Shown: one piece after another, positions 38,668 through 51,611 of the stretch
How the letters are laid out: each line of letters opens with the position of its first letter
How positions within the stretch are numbered: position 1 is the first letter of the stretch
Origin: Podarcis erhardii
Taxonomy: Eukaryota
Direction: 5' to 3' (one strand)
Assembly (NCBI GenBank): GCA_964252035.1
Contig: OZ176209.1
DNA: 64,000 nt
Translations under genes and position numbers: made by a program
Notes under the pieces: model-generated
Told to the model about the DNA's origin: nothing
Seen by the model: only the letters and a program-made list of their open reading frames with translations
Database searches by the model: none

Positions 38668-40168
38668 TTAGGGAAAAGGCAGAGCCCAACCAGTCAATCA
38701 GGAAGGGCAAGAGGTACACACGGCAGAATGACTCTCGAGCTGCCACCCGCCCCCACAAACACCCCAAAAAGCAGCAGCTCAGGCAGTAACAATGCAGGAT
38801 ATGCGGTAGGGAAGTATGGATCCACCAGATGAATGCTTCCAATTCCTATGCCAACCTACTACTCAAATCACTTTTCTTGCCGCTTTGTGTGCACTGCTAC
38901 CTGGATGCCCATAAACAAAACCACTAGGAGAAAACTGAATCCCTTCAGCCGCCCCACCCTCAAAAATTCAACTTTAAAGGCAGCTAGTACAAAAACCTTC
39001 TTGTCTACAATCTGGCAGGTTCTAAATCTAGGGGGCCTCTTACCTCCCCTTTTCATAACAATTGCTGACAAAACATTAGGGCAAACAGAGGGAATCTTTT
39101 TCTTTTAGCCATCTCCCAAAAGGCTACCCTTAGCAGGAAGAGTCATCCCCTCAGAAATGAACAAATTTTATCCAATTCTGTTAAAAAAATAATACTGAAG
39201 ATTATCTATAAATATAATTTAAAGGAGCGCAGCACTAAATCTCCTAGACCTATTTGCCTGTATTTGCAGGCTTTATCCACTCTGAATAGGCTACAACACC
39301 TGCAAATTTTACATCCAGTTTTGTCAAAAGGGGGGGGGGGGAGAAAGGTACCATCATTTTTTAAATTTTCCTTTAACAGTAAAGTGGGTTCAGCCTCAGA
39401 CCCTGCTCTGAATCAGGCAGACTCTGGAAGCACCCACTCAAGGTGGTGTAACATCCTGACAACACTTTCCCAGTCTGGACAAAATGGGGAGCTATGGTTA
39501 GTTAGAGGTTTCCTGATTTGTTTGCTCACACCATAAAGGGAAATTTGAAGTAAAAAGTTCATTCAGACCTGAGATACAATCAAAGATGGTCACTGTGTCA
39601 CTTCAACTGAATTACTCTTTTTGAAGACACAATGCCCTGAGAAGTCAAAAGCAGTTCACAACACATAGTTTGCAACAGCTAACAGTTCAAGGTGTCACCT
39701 TTTTTCATATTGCATAAATCCAACTCTGCATTAATATACATCAGTGTTTTATTGAGAGTAGGATCGGTATACTTTTTAGACATCCTAAAAAAGTAAATCA
39801 GCAACTAGCTCTGCAGGCAACTCAGCCAGGGAAAGGCAATGATGAATCCTTCTCCATTGTCTTTTTTGCTTCTCTTCCCAGCCTTCTTTATACGGCCCAG
39901 AGGGAGAGAGAGGAATAAGGCCACTTTCAAACTTTTGCAACTTCCTTTCTCCTTCCCTCAACCTGGGCCATTTGACGTAACATGGGATGAGTCTTTGTGC
40001 AAAAGTTCTAAAGATTAGGATAGGGAAGAAAAAACGAGTAAAGGTGTATATTCTTTACTCTTGCAACACTTGCTTTGCAATTTCAAGGAGCACAAAGCAA
40101 ACTACAGCAGGAGGTCACCTCAGGAGTCTGAATTTTGCTGGCTGCAACTAGTATTCACCTGTACCTTA

Positions 40169-40898
40169 CAGGTAGGCCTGCTATATGTCTGGAAAATTCA
40201 TTACATACCAGGAAATTGGACGCCTAAAATGGCATCCCGGGGAATTTTTTTGAATTTTAAGAGATGTCTGAAATTTCCCATATGTATAGAAAACCGGTTT
40301 TTTATTTCTGTTTTCTGTTGTCCCCCCCGCCGAGTAGTAGAAGGAATGTCCCCTCTTATGTGGGAGACCAAAAGCATGCTCGTGCCCCCAGCCTCCCCAC
40401 ACACAGCAGCCCCAACTGAGGAGGAGGAGGGGAGCCTGGAGGACAGTGGAAAGAGGGCAAGAGCCCCCAGCACCCACCAACCGTTGGGAGAGGAAAATAA
40501 AGATGACTCAATTATCCTGCCCCCACCTTCCTCCCTCAAGAGTTCCTGCGTTACCATCTCGAAGCTGCCATGGCTGCTGCCTCAAGGAAGACAATCACTC
40601 CCCTTTTCAGGATGCAGAGCAGGAGGCGAGGAGTCTGTCTAAAAGGGAACAGGGCACCTGTGGCTACTTGCTCTGGAGCAGGTCCAAAGAAACTTAATCT
40701 CCTCAGTCCCACTCTCCCAAAGCGGGGAGACGGGGGGGGGGGACCTCTCAACAAAGAATCTCCCTTTCTTTCCCTGCTAGAAGAAGAATCAGCTTTTGGA
40801 GCTGCTTGGGGGGGGTGTTGGGTTTTGGGGGGGGGTTGGGGGGGGAGGCCATGCCAGTGTCAGGAATTTTACTTTTTGAAATATGGCAAGCCTACCTG
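40169..40898. mobile_element. hAT-like non-autonomous element
   Basis: Inverted ends CAGGTAGGCCTGCTATAT / ATATGGCAAGCCTACCTG. No clean 8-bp TSD seen. Confidence 0.6.
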
Positions 40899-42203
40899 CT
40901 GTCCTAGATGCATTTAGATTACAATAGCTGTATATTCTTAATAGGTGGCAATATTTTGCATCAACCCATCAATATTTTTACCAACAGGCAGTGTAGCAGA
41001 ACCAATGTGTATTGTCCATCATGCACAGATTAGGGTGTAGAGACAACACAGACATATGTTTACTCTACTCTGGGTCTATTAAGGATAAGGAAAAGAGAAA
41101 AACAACAGGTAAAAGGAACAAAACAGCATGGACTGGCAAAATATGGCAGAATACCTACGATTTTGCACAATACTTGAAAACAAAGAGAGAGAGAGCTTTT
41201 AATCCCCAATACAGAGTCAACAAAAGGCACAAAGATACATAATTTCTTCTATTGTACTGAGTGGAAGGGAGGGATTATTTAGCTTCCTGGTGCAATCAAG
41301 TGTAAGTGGCCTGCTGGTGGCTTCCAAGAGATACCTGCTTCAAATTTTGAGAAGTATTAGCCTGCAGCATTTTACTAATATTATGAATAGGACCTTTCAG
41401 TTCAAGTATCTGACCACTTTTGTTTATTCTCTCTTCCAAACATTTCAAAAACTAAATATTGTCCCTTCAACTCTTATCTGCCAAGATGGAGAAAGCTTCC
41501 TGAGTTTTCTCTATAACGTATTAATATGGTACTTTATTTATGTATGTGGTTACATGTTTTTATATGTTGTTTCTTTTTATTGGTATCCCATTGCTTCATA
41601 TGAAAAAGTATGTCTGCAGAAAGGTACCATGGCATACTGCTGCTTGCCATTAACTGAAGAGAAAACACAAATGTTCCAGACTAGAGGAGCTGTATTTAGG
41701 GAGATTTAGAAGTAAACAAAAATCATATTGACAGTAGAAAATTTTAAATGAAAATTGCTTTGTAGGAAAGCAATGTAATAAACACTGGGTTGTATCCAAC
41801 TGGATTTAGGTTAGTCATTAATTTAACTTGGTTTATTCTGAGAATAACCATTGTTGGATACAACTGGGGTGGCAGGAAGCTAAGTGGGAAACGGCTCAAG
41901 GAGATAAGGGAGTTAAACTAGCCCAATACAAGTCATGGCAGCTCAAAGAACAAAGGTGGATTACTAAAACCATGAGTGTGGGTGGGAGGGATGGGAGGGT
42001 GTGCATGAAATGTTAGGGACTGAGGGTAGAAAAGCATAGCAGTGAGCATGGGTTTAGAATAATAGGAAAGAGGGTTCATGGATGTACAGGATGCAAGTGG
42101 GAGAACCTCCCATAGTTGTATGAACAGGAGTACCTGATTTTCACATGGCTCAGAACCAACCAACCGAACGTGCAGGTTTCTGTTAGAACAAACATAGATT
42201 TAC

Positions 42204-42366
42204 CTTGATATTTTGGGCATCAACATTTGCTCCAGCTTCTAGTAGAAGACTAATCACTGTGGTATTTCCTGCTAGCACTGCCCAATGTAGCGCTGTGTTC
42301 TTATGATATTTGTCTCCCAGATTCACTGAAACGTTAAAAGTAAGTAGCAACCGAGTGGGGTCCACA
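42204..42366 (-). CDS. ZDHHC17: ZDHHC17 exon 7 (S/VDPTRLLLTFNVSVNLGDKYHKNTALHWAVLAGNTTVISLLLEAGANVDAQNIK)
   Basis: Inside ORF 42183-42395; AG/GTAAAT boundaries; 163 nt; ankyrin repeats. Confidence 0.97.
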
Positions 42367-43827
42367 CTGCAAAATAAAAGCAAAATTAAATCCATAAAAA
42401 CATGGACTTATCATTATCTTCATATTAATCCCGGGATCAGATTCCCTTGGAGATAATTTATTTGATCAATACTAATCAGATTTCTTTCTCCAGTATTAAA
42501 AGCACTAATGAGCAGGGGGAGGGGATTTTCTTCCATGGAACTCTATAAAATACTCTATAAAATAAGAGCTAATGATTAGGGTTGGTTTTTTTACTCTCTG
42601 AGGCAGCATTTTATACAGAGGGCCCCAATTCCCAGAAGCGGTAAAAAAAAAAGATCATTAGCAATTTTAAGACAAGACTAGATATTTGATCTGCATTGCA
42701 TGAATTAATATTCTTCCCCCTCCTTATCTCAGATGCCCAGGGGTCAATTTCAACATGAAATCACAAAAATGACATTTCAGCTTATATCTAGGATATTAAC
42801 AGAGGGAGGGAGTGAGAACACGTAGTTCAGTGGTCCCCAAACCGCTATGTGCTAGATGCCATATGATTCTTAAATGTATTGTATTACTTCTTTTATTTCT
42901 TATATTGTATTTTATTTCATTGTATTACAATTTGAATTCCATATAATTAAAATTGTGTGCTCTTCACAGCCACAGACCATAGTCTGAAAACCCCCAACCT
43001 GGTTTAGACATACAATTGGACCTGCCTTCAAAATGTGATGTGCCTTCTTTCGAAAACAGTATTACTATTAGGCCCTTTTCAAAAGTTTTATTTTTCTTAA
43101 CACAGACAATACTGGTGACAGTTCAATCTGAAGAATATTTGACTACTCAGAAAACACAAAAAAAAATAGCCAGCTTCTGCTCAGAGTAGACTACTGAAAT
43201 TAGCAGGGTTAGGTTAGTCATGTTCAAGACTTTTTTTCAGCCAGAGCTCACCAGAACACAGTTACAGCACCTTTCAGGTGGGTGCCATTGCCATTGTAAG
43301 AGAACAAGGGAGGTGTTCATGGTGAATTACGGTACCTCTTTTTCTAGAAAAATAGAACTGATTATGTCCATTCATTTCAAAAGGGCTTATTGCGAGTACG
43401 TTTAATGTTGGATGTAGTCCAAAGATTTTGACTCTTCTTCTCCATAATAACCTAAAGTTGGGACAGAATTTTGAAAATGGGGGAGGTGCGCTGAACCTAG
43501 AAAATACCTTGTGTCTGTCTCTGAAGATGATAACTGGAAGGAAAGTGTGTAAAAAATCCACTTTGTGTAAATGCCACAAAGACAAATATTTTCAACATAT
43601 GTCAACAAAACATGCTAGGAATGTTGGTCCCAATGTGACATTCCTGTAATGCTGAATCAGTTTTCCTGCTCATGAATTCTTAGAAATAAATATCCCTTTA
43701 CTAAAATAACAAAAAAAGATTAATCAGCTCTAAGGTAAAAATATATTACACATTTTGTATAGTTCATTATTCTATTTGATTAGTACAAAAAGCTTCAGAT
43801 TGGTCTAGTTTTGAATGAGCAAATTAC

Positions 43828-43892
43828 CTGTGTGTTCTATAAGCTGCCCACATCAAAGGAGTCATTCCATTTTGATCCATCATATCTACATC
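43828..43892 (-). CDS. ZDHHC17: ZDHHC17 exon 6 (DVDMMDQNGMTPLMWAAYRTH)
   Basis: AG/GTAATT boundaries, 65 nt, ankyrin GxTPL motif. Confidence 0.97.
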
Positions 43893-44007
43893 CTGATGAA
43901 AAGAGCAACAGTAATCAGACATGCACATTTATTGAAGTTGAAGAAAAAATATCAAGGACAAACTTCCAGATGTCTAGTCTGGAAGGGGTCAATAAATCAT
44001 TATAAAC

Positions 44008-44145
44008 CAGGGGTAGGAACCTGTGGTCCTTTGGATGTTATTGGACTCCCAAATTACATAAGCCCCAGTCACAATAGCCAATGGCCCCAGATGAAGTGAA
44101 CTGTAGTCCAGGAACATCTGGAGGACCACATGTTTCCCATCTCTG
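44008..44145. mobile_element. Short fold-back hAT-like MITE
   Basis: CAGGGGTAGGAAC ... GTTTCCCATCTCTG with internal inverted repeats. Confidence 0.65.
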
Positions 44146-44859
44146 TTAAATGGTGTTAAATGGTACAGAGATGTAAATAAGCAAATATTTTAAATAGTGA
44201 GGTTTTCACACACTGCAAAATGCATAATAAACCACATTGTATGCATGTAATATAAGAGATCAAACATCATAATATATGCTACAGCACCACCTGCTGTTAC
44301 AACTCTGCCATTTTTGCAAATGAACTACCCAAATAATAATATGTACATCTTCCAATCAGAATTAACAATGAAGTAGGAAGAATGAAATAATCACACTGGG
44401 CAGGATCCAAAGAAATGTACGACTGGTTCTGTGGACCCACTTCTGTTTCTTGAACAGATGGCTTCCATGCCATGTTTCAAACAGCTTTCAAAGAGGAGGG
44501 AACCTTGTTGTACATCATACATTTTGTGCAATGTAAGAAAGTTAAGAATCAAGAATATTCCACTCTATAGGTACAAGACTTTGGCAGTTTGACTAAAGGA
44601 ATCTTTGGATGTGAACAATAATCTGAAATTCCTCGTGTTTAACAATATCATATTGGTTAAAGTTAATCTACAGTTCAATCCCTTTAAGTGTCACAGATGC
44701 TCAGAAATAATCTGCATATGCAGGGACAAACTCGAAAACCATGAAGATTTGATACAGGTCCATTAGATGTAACTTTGAGCCCTGCTTGTCCCATGATAAT
44801 GAATGCTTTTCAACTTGTGCAGCTCAAGGGCATGGGAAGAATCTTTGGAAATCTGAGAC

Positions 44860-45285
44860 TTACCACATCTGTGCCAGATCCCTGCCCTTCCTGGCTCATT
44901 AAAGGGCCAGTGGGTCATGGGTTGAGTGGATAAAGGGAGTGATCAATGCCTTGCTTAAAACAAGGCAGGGTCTCAGCATTTATAAGACCTATACGAATTG
45001 AAAAAGCCCTCCCTGAATCCCACCATATTGGATAATTATTGGCAAGTTTCCAATATCCCATTTACTGTATGGGCATGGTACTGGAATGTGTGGTGGTATC
45101 TCAGCTCCATGGGTTTCTTGATGAGATGGATTATATAGATCCATTTCAATATGGTTTCAGGCCTGGTTATGGGAAACAGACAGCTTTGGTCACCTTGATG
45201 GATGACTTACAACAGGGAATTGAACTGGGGGAGTATCCTTGTTGATTCTGCTAGACCTCAACTCTGACTGCTAGACCATGGTGCT
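44860..45285 (+). mobile_element. L2 ORF2 reverse-transcriptase fragment
   Basis: DPCPSWLIK and VVVSQLHGFLDEMDYIDPFQYGFRPGYGKQTALVTLMDDL (ORF 45039-45245). Confidence 0.85.
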
Positions 45286-45884
45286 GCATCTGCACAGACC
45301 TTATATTTCATACATACACTTTATTAAGCAGATGCACTATCTAGAATACAAATGTAAGAAAAATGTACAGCAATCAGCAGCAGGAAAAAAAATGTACTGC
45401 ATCACGGTCTGTATCTGACCATGTTGTACTCAAAACTGACAATCAGAATAGATCCACTAAAGCTCATTAATGTCAATGGGTTTATTCAGAGTATAACTTG
45501 GTCAGGCGCAACCCAATGGATTGCATCCAACCAAGTTGCACTTGGAATAAGCCATGTTAACTAACATCGGATACAATATCATTAACACTTCTGAGGAGAA
45601 AATACATTTGAATTATAGCTACCTACCCACACATACCTACCCTTTAGTTCTAGGTAAACCAGAGACTTACATGAACAATGTACCTTAAGAATGGAACATC
45701 CTTAATATTAATTATTTTTTTTCGATTACACGTTGAAATTTTACCTAGACATACTCTACTTTCCTTCCCATTCCTTTTTATTTTTAAGACTGTGCACTTT
45801 CAGGCAGGGACTGATTTATCTTTTAATACAAGTGCAACGCTTAAAAAACTTACTGACCTTATAACTGCTTGTTATCTTATTCTT

Positions 45885-45905
45885 CATCATCATCATCATC
45901 ATCAT
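45885..45905. repeat. (CAT)7 microsatellite
   Basis: Direct reading. Confidence 0.9.
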
Positions 45906-46347
45906 CAATGAAAAGGAGAACAAATTAGTGTTTAACAGTAGAATGTCTTGGCCAAAAAATGTAAAAAAAATTATCTCCACCTAATTAAATTCTGTAATAA
46001 TGTGGACAGGATCCATTCCGGAGCTCCAGTCAGATCCTGAGGTTTCCTCAACTGGAGGGACTGCCTCTGCCCATGTGCGCGGCGCTGTAGAGCACTTCTA
46101 AGCATGCACGCGCGGCGAAACACTTTCACAACCCAAAGTTTACATTACCCAAGGGTAATGTAACCCAAGGGTAACAGGATTTGCTGTGAGGTAAGTGTGC
46201 AAAGAATTACAGCTCTAATAGTAGCTTATTAATCTGGAGAACAACCTCATTTTGTGATATATAAGGATGTGTTTTAAAAACCCAGGAAGACTGGGTCTTT
46301 AGATTCTACCACCACTAAAAACTACAGAAAGTTAAGCACATACATAC

Positions 46348-46492
46348 CTGCCCCTTGGCTATTAAATAAGCAACTATCGAGGTATGTCCAAACTGAGCTG
46401 CCAAGTGAATACAACTACAACCTTCCCCATCAATTAATGATGGATCTGCACCGTATTTCATTAGCTGTACAACCATTGATAAATGACCCTGT
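46348..46492 (-). CDS. ZDHHC17: ZDHHC17 exon 5 ([49 protein letters not shown])
   Basis: AG/GTATGT boundaries, 145 nt. Confidence 0.97.
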
Positions 46493-46826
46493 CTGAAATA
46501 ATAAGAATATAAGATTGAAAAAGCTTTAGACTGTAGTAAACCACATTAAGAACTTTACAATGACAAACATTAAGGTTCAACAAATCAAGAACTCAAAAAC
46601 AGGGTTTGCAATGTATTTTGAATCCTAGTTAAGCAACACAGGTTTATTTTTATTTTGGTACAAATAAATGCACATATAGAAGGAAGCAAACATGTATCTG
46701 ATCCCCTGATATCTGGGAGGGTCATCTATCCACTAGACACTTTGTCCTAAGTTAAGGAAGACAACAGGGTTCCACAAGTAGAAAGAAGATGCAATGGAAA
46801 AAAATAGTGCAAACTCATAAGAACAA

Positions 46827-47067
46827 GGTCATTTCGACACCATAAATTAAAAGCAATTTTATACCACTTTAACAGTCATGACTTCATTCTAAGAATCCTG
46901 AGAACTGCAGTTTGTTGCGGATGCTGGGAATTGTAGCTCTGGGAGGTGCCTCCAAACAACTCTCAGCACTCATAACAAACTACAGCTCCCAGGAGTTTTG
47001 TGGCAGAGCAAGCCATGACTGCCAAAGTGGTATAAGAGTGCTTTAAATGTATGGTGAGGATGTGACC
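46827..47067. mobile_element. Long-TIR palindromic MITE (possibly PIF/Harbinger-like)
   Basis: About 55-bp imperfect TIRs: ggtcatttcgacaccataaattaaaagc...ataccactttaacagtcatg versus catgactgccaaagtggtata...gctttaaatgtatggtgaggatgtgacc. Confidence 0.75.
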
Positions 47068-48101
47068 TGAATAAGCCACCCAATGCAATAGCTGTGTTTG
47101 GAGCACATCTGTGCCAGCTGTTTATTCAGTCACACAATCCTGCGTGGATAGCACTCTACTTTGGGGTTTTGTTCCAAGAACTCAAAAACATCCTCCTACC
47201 CCAATTTTTTTAACTGCTCAAGAATAAGCTACTTTAAATATACTTAGTCAACTTGTCCTGTTGTCAAAACCACACAGAAGATAAGAATTTTATTTGGGAT
47301 ATTTCTAGTCATTAACAATTTGGACAGCCAAGCACCTGGAAGTTCTATCTTTCTGTAACCAAACCAATCTGTTTTTAAAACTTCTACGTGGTTTATATTG
47401 TCTGTGCTCATGATATATTTTTAAATATTTTGTTTTGAATAGCAGTATACAAATATATTCATACTATCTATAAACAGACTATCTATAACTAAAATCAAGA
47501 GAAGGACATGAGTGAAAGTGTCTTTCTGTCACTGTTGTTCCCCAGCAACTCATAATCTGCCGCATGCTGCCTCCAATCCTGAAGGCAATATATAATCATC
47601 ATTAATATTAGGAATTGACAGCCTTATCCTCCATTCATTCACTTAATCCCCTTTTAAAGCTACCCAAGTTGGTGGCCATTACTGCATCTTTTGGTAATAA
47701 AAGCCTTAGTTTAACTATGCACTGTCAAGATGTACTTCTTTTTGTCTGCCCTGCCTCACCTACCATACAACATCACTGGATGACCCAGATTCTAGCATGA
47801 TGACAGAACAGAAAAAACATCTTCATATTCATTTTCTCCACACCCTGCATAATTTTATTTGCACATATCATGCCTGCCCCTACCCCTTATCTTCCCCCCC
47901 CCCCACTCACACACACACTAAGAAACCTCAAACTTGTAACCTTTCTACATGAGGACATTTCTCCAGCCCCTTGATCATTTTGGCTGCATTGGCTGCATCT
48001 TTTCCAGCTCTTCAATGTCCTCTCTGAGATGCAGTGATTAATAATTATCAACAAATTTCCTCTGACAAAACTGAAGAGAAAAACGCTGAAATCTTCCCCA
48101 C

Positions 48102-48179
48102 CTTGTTGCCCAGTGAAGTGGTGTGGAGTTCAGGTCCCCTCCTAGCTGGTCAACAATAGCACCTTTTGATATGTAGTAC
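48102..48179 (-). CDS. ZDHHC17: ZDHHC17 exon 4 ([26 protein letters not shown])
   Basis: Inside ORF 48038-48268; AG/GTGGGG boundaries; 78 nt. Confidence 0.97.
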
Positions 48180-48996
48180 CTGCAGTCATAAAACAGGTGC
48201 AAATGTAGTAATGTAAGATAGTAATTAAAGACATGGTTATAAAGAGGTGTAACACATCTTAAGAGCAACTATGGAAATGAATATAATTTCACAGCTTGCC
48301 CAGTAATTATGTTCTCCTTTATAACAGTGGCTTAAGATTAAGGAGAAACCAGGTACTTTTAGTGACTAGAGGTTAAATAACATATTTATAATTATCATTT
48401 ATTTTAACATACAGCAATTAACTAATGAAAAAAGTTTTGACATGGGAGAGTATCCATGCTATCAGCATTACTTTTTGACTGAGGAAAGAAAATCACACCA
48501 CACACAAGTCCATATCCACTGTAGAGAGGAAACACTGCAATTTAAAACATCACAATTCAAGGCGCATCCTCAGAAGTCTTACGGGCAGTGTAAAGCCAGT
48601 GTCCAACATCAACCTCCTTGTACACTGAGGTCATCTGCAATGCTTTCTTTTGAGTGCCCCTCACTGATGAGGTGGATGATGACTGGAGAAAGGATATTTT
48701 CAGTTGTGACACACCATTTATAGCATTTCTCCCCCAAGAATGCTTGCCTGATGCCTGTGCATTATCTCTTCAGTGACAAAACAATACCTTTCTATTCTTT
48801 GGGACCTTAAAAGCAATGTTTTTCATTTGTTGGTTTTTCTACATTTATCTTATTTTTTTAAAAAATGGTCTCCCTATTCTGCTTTCTTGAGGATTTTTGT
48901 TATTTTTCATAGAATATATATAATCTTATGAATAAAATCTCAGAAGTTGCATTTCTATAGAGCTCATCAATATGAGCAGACTGATATCTACAGTTC

Positions 48997-49480
48997 TAAT
49001 AATAATAATAATAATAATAAATTTTATTTATATCCCGCCCTCCCCAGCCGAAGCCGGGCTCAGGGCGGCTAACAACAATCAACAATCAAACAATCAGATA
49101 TTCACACATTCTAAAAATATTTCATTATAAAAATCAATTAAAATCAAATTAATGGCAACTAATTAAGCAAGATTCTAAGCAGGTTGCCAGAGGAGGGAGT
49201 CAGGCTGCGCCCTGACCAAAGGCCTGGTGGAACAACTCTGTCTTGCAGGCCCTGCGGAAGGATGTCAGGTCCCGCAGGGCCCTAGTCTCTTGTGACAGAG
49301 CGTTCCACCAGATTGGAGCCGCAGCCGAGAAGGCCCTGGCTCTAGTTGAGGCCAGCCTAACCTCTCTGAGGCCTGGGACCTTGAGGATGTTATTATTTGC
49401 AGACCGTAGGTTTCTCTGTGGGGCATACCAGGAGAGGCGGCCCCGTAGGTACGAGGGTCCTAGGCCGTATAGGGCTTTAA
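48997..49480 (-). mobile_element. Young 5'-truncated L2 3' end with (TAA)8 tail
   Basis: CpG-retaining L2 3' sequence (gcgttccaccag, ggccctggctctagttgaggccagc) and a simple-repeat tail at 48997-49020. Confidence 0.85.
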
Positions 49481-49989
49481 TCCATAGCTACTAGGAGGCT
49501 GCATAAGAAGTCTGTTGATGGTCCACCTCCCCTCCGCACTAAGCAGTGTTCCTGTCATTCTCTGATGACCTGCCTAACAACAGATCCTTTTCAGATCAGT
49601 TAACACATGTAATGGAACATCACTGCACAGGAAAATTGAAATATACTGCTAAAAAAAATGACAACCAAAAGCCATAAGTAATGTTGACTTCATTTTTGGT
49701 ATCATCTATATTTATTTATTTAGAAATATTTATAAGCTATTAATCAGAGCAGTATGCATCATAAAATTGTAGTTAAAACACACCTAACACCTTCAAAACT
49801 ATTTAAAAACAATATACATGAAATAATTATCATTACCACACAGATAAAATCAATAGGTAAGGAGTTGCAAAGGACATGTACTGCTACACTAAAACAGCGA
49901 CTCCTTGCAAATGCAGAACAAATACTATGTGGCACTTGTAAAAGTGCAAGTTCTTCAGATATAAGCAGTCAACTAGGCATGTGTAGGCA

Positions 49990-50260
49990 ATGTGATTCTT
50001 GAAGTAAACTGGCCCTAAGTTGTTATGGCCTTTACATACAATTAGTAAAACCTTGAATTTGGACCAGAAAAAAACTGGCAGCCAGTGCAAATCTTTGAGC
50101 ACATGTATAATATGTTGACAGAATCTCACTCCCATCAGTAATAACGATGCAGAGTTCTGCACTAACTGCAGTTTCCAGATCAGCCACAAGGCAAGCTCCA
50201 CATAAAAGTGCATTGTAGTAATGCAACCTTGAAGGAACCAATGTGGCCAAGAAGGGTCAC
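49990..50260 (-). mobile_element. Degenerate L2 RT C-terminal fragment
   Basis: LVPSRLHYYNALL and KLQLVQNSAS...LKDLHWLPV...FKVLLIVCK in ORFs 50032-50250 and 49884-50213. Confidence 0.8.
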
Positions 50261-50444
50261 AGTCTTATACCTGCAGAAGTTGGTAGAATGAAGCTTTGGG
50301 GAGTGACACAAAACCATGCAGTATAAAAAGTCATAGCTATTTAAATTACTTTGCTTTAATGCACTCATTTATTCTAATACAGCAGGATTTTATTGATGTA
50401 TGCTTCTAATGATGAATTCATTTTGGTAGCAGAGTACTACTTAC

Positions 50445-50567
50445 TTCACTAAATCTAATCTATTGTTGATTGCAGCCCAGTGAAGAAGTGTAACATTTTC
50501 TTTATCTGGTTGCCGTACATCGTAGCCCGCTTCCACCAACTCTCGACAACGTTCATAAATTCCATAC
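50445..50567 (-). CDS. ZDHHC17: ZDHHC17 exon 3 ([41 protein letters not shown])
   Basis: AG/GTAAGT boundaries, 123 nt. Confidence 0.97.
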
Positions 50568-51207
50568 CTAGACAAAAGATTCCGTTATGATAATCAGATA
50601 TTTTGGACTAATAAAGACAAAGCAGATTTGAATCCTAATATCTTATTTTATATATACTGCGTCTGTGATTTTAAAAACATAGGACACAATCTATAAAAAA
50701 TACCAGTGTGACCCCATGGAGCTCAGTTACTTTATTTTCCTTCCTCAGATGTTCCTTCATGCGAGCTGTAGTTTATTCACAGTCTACCCTTCACATACTT
50801 CCAAGGTCCCAGATGTCAAGTTGTGCTTGCCCTTCACAATCAATTATTTCAATAAAAACTGAATACATTTTCAGTACTGAAACCAAGGTGAGGCCAAGTT
50901 TGTTGGTCATATTAGATTAATCACAGTAAGAATGTATATTTTATGATACTGTTGCAAGACTTGCATTTTACTGTTTCTACATACTTAAGCAAATGGAGCA
51001 AGATCTAATTAAGTCATACCTGGAGTAAACCTACTGAAATAAGTGAAAATTTACCTGCCCATTGATTTCAATAGTTCTACTCCAAGTAGGACAAACATTG
51101 GATATCACCCATGATTAATTACTAAAGCCAAAATTGCGTATTGTCAAAATCCATTTGATTCAATGGCAGGTGGGATTGCCAAAGTTATTTTCCCCCAAAC
51201 CCCACCC

Positions 51208-51221
51208 TCTTTCTTTTCTTT

Positions 51222-51257
<36 letters not shown>

Positions 51258-51260
51258 TTT
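51208..51260. repeat. (TTTC)n microsatellite
   Basis: Direct reading. Confidence 0.92.
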
Positions 51261-51376
51261 TTGCTGCTCAGATAATGTTGAATGTGCACAAGTTAAATGC
51301 ATGCAAGTTGCAGGCTTACTGTACCACACTTTAAGTATCCTAACTTATTATTACAGTGTCTTGTAAGATTCCATAC

Positions 51377-51611
51377 TACAGTGGTACCTCGGGTTAAGAA
51401 CTTAATTCGTTCTGGAGGTCTATTCTTAACCTGAAACTGTTCTTAACATGAAGCACCACTTTAGCTAATGGAGCCTCCCGCTGCTGCCGCATGATTTCTG
51501 ATCTCATCCTGAAGCAAAGTTCTTAACCCGAGGTACTATTTCTGGGTTAGCAAAGTCTGTAACAGGAAGCATCTGTAACCTGAAGCGTCTGTAACCCGAG
51601 GTACCACTGTA
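51377..51611. mobile_element. Tc1/mariner MITE
   Basis: TA-CAGTGGTACCTCGGGTT ... AACCCGAGGTACCACTG-TA, perfect TIRs. Confidence 0.92.

Noticed and set aside
40061-40917. ORFs of 193, 118 and 115 aa
   Set aside because: They lie mostly in a hAT-like non-autonomous element, are low complexity, and show no recognisable domain.
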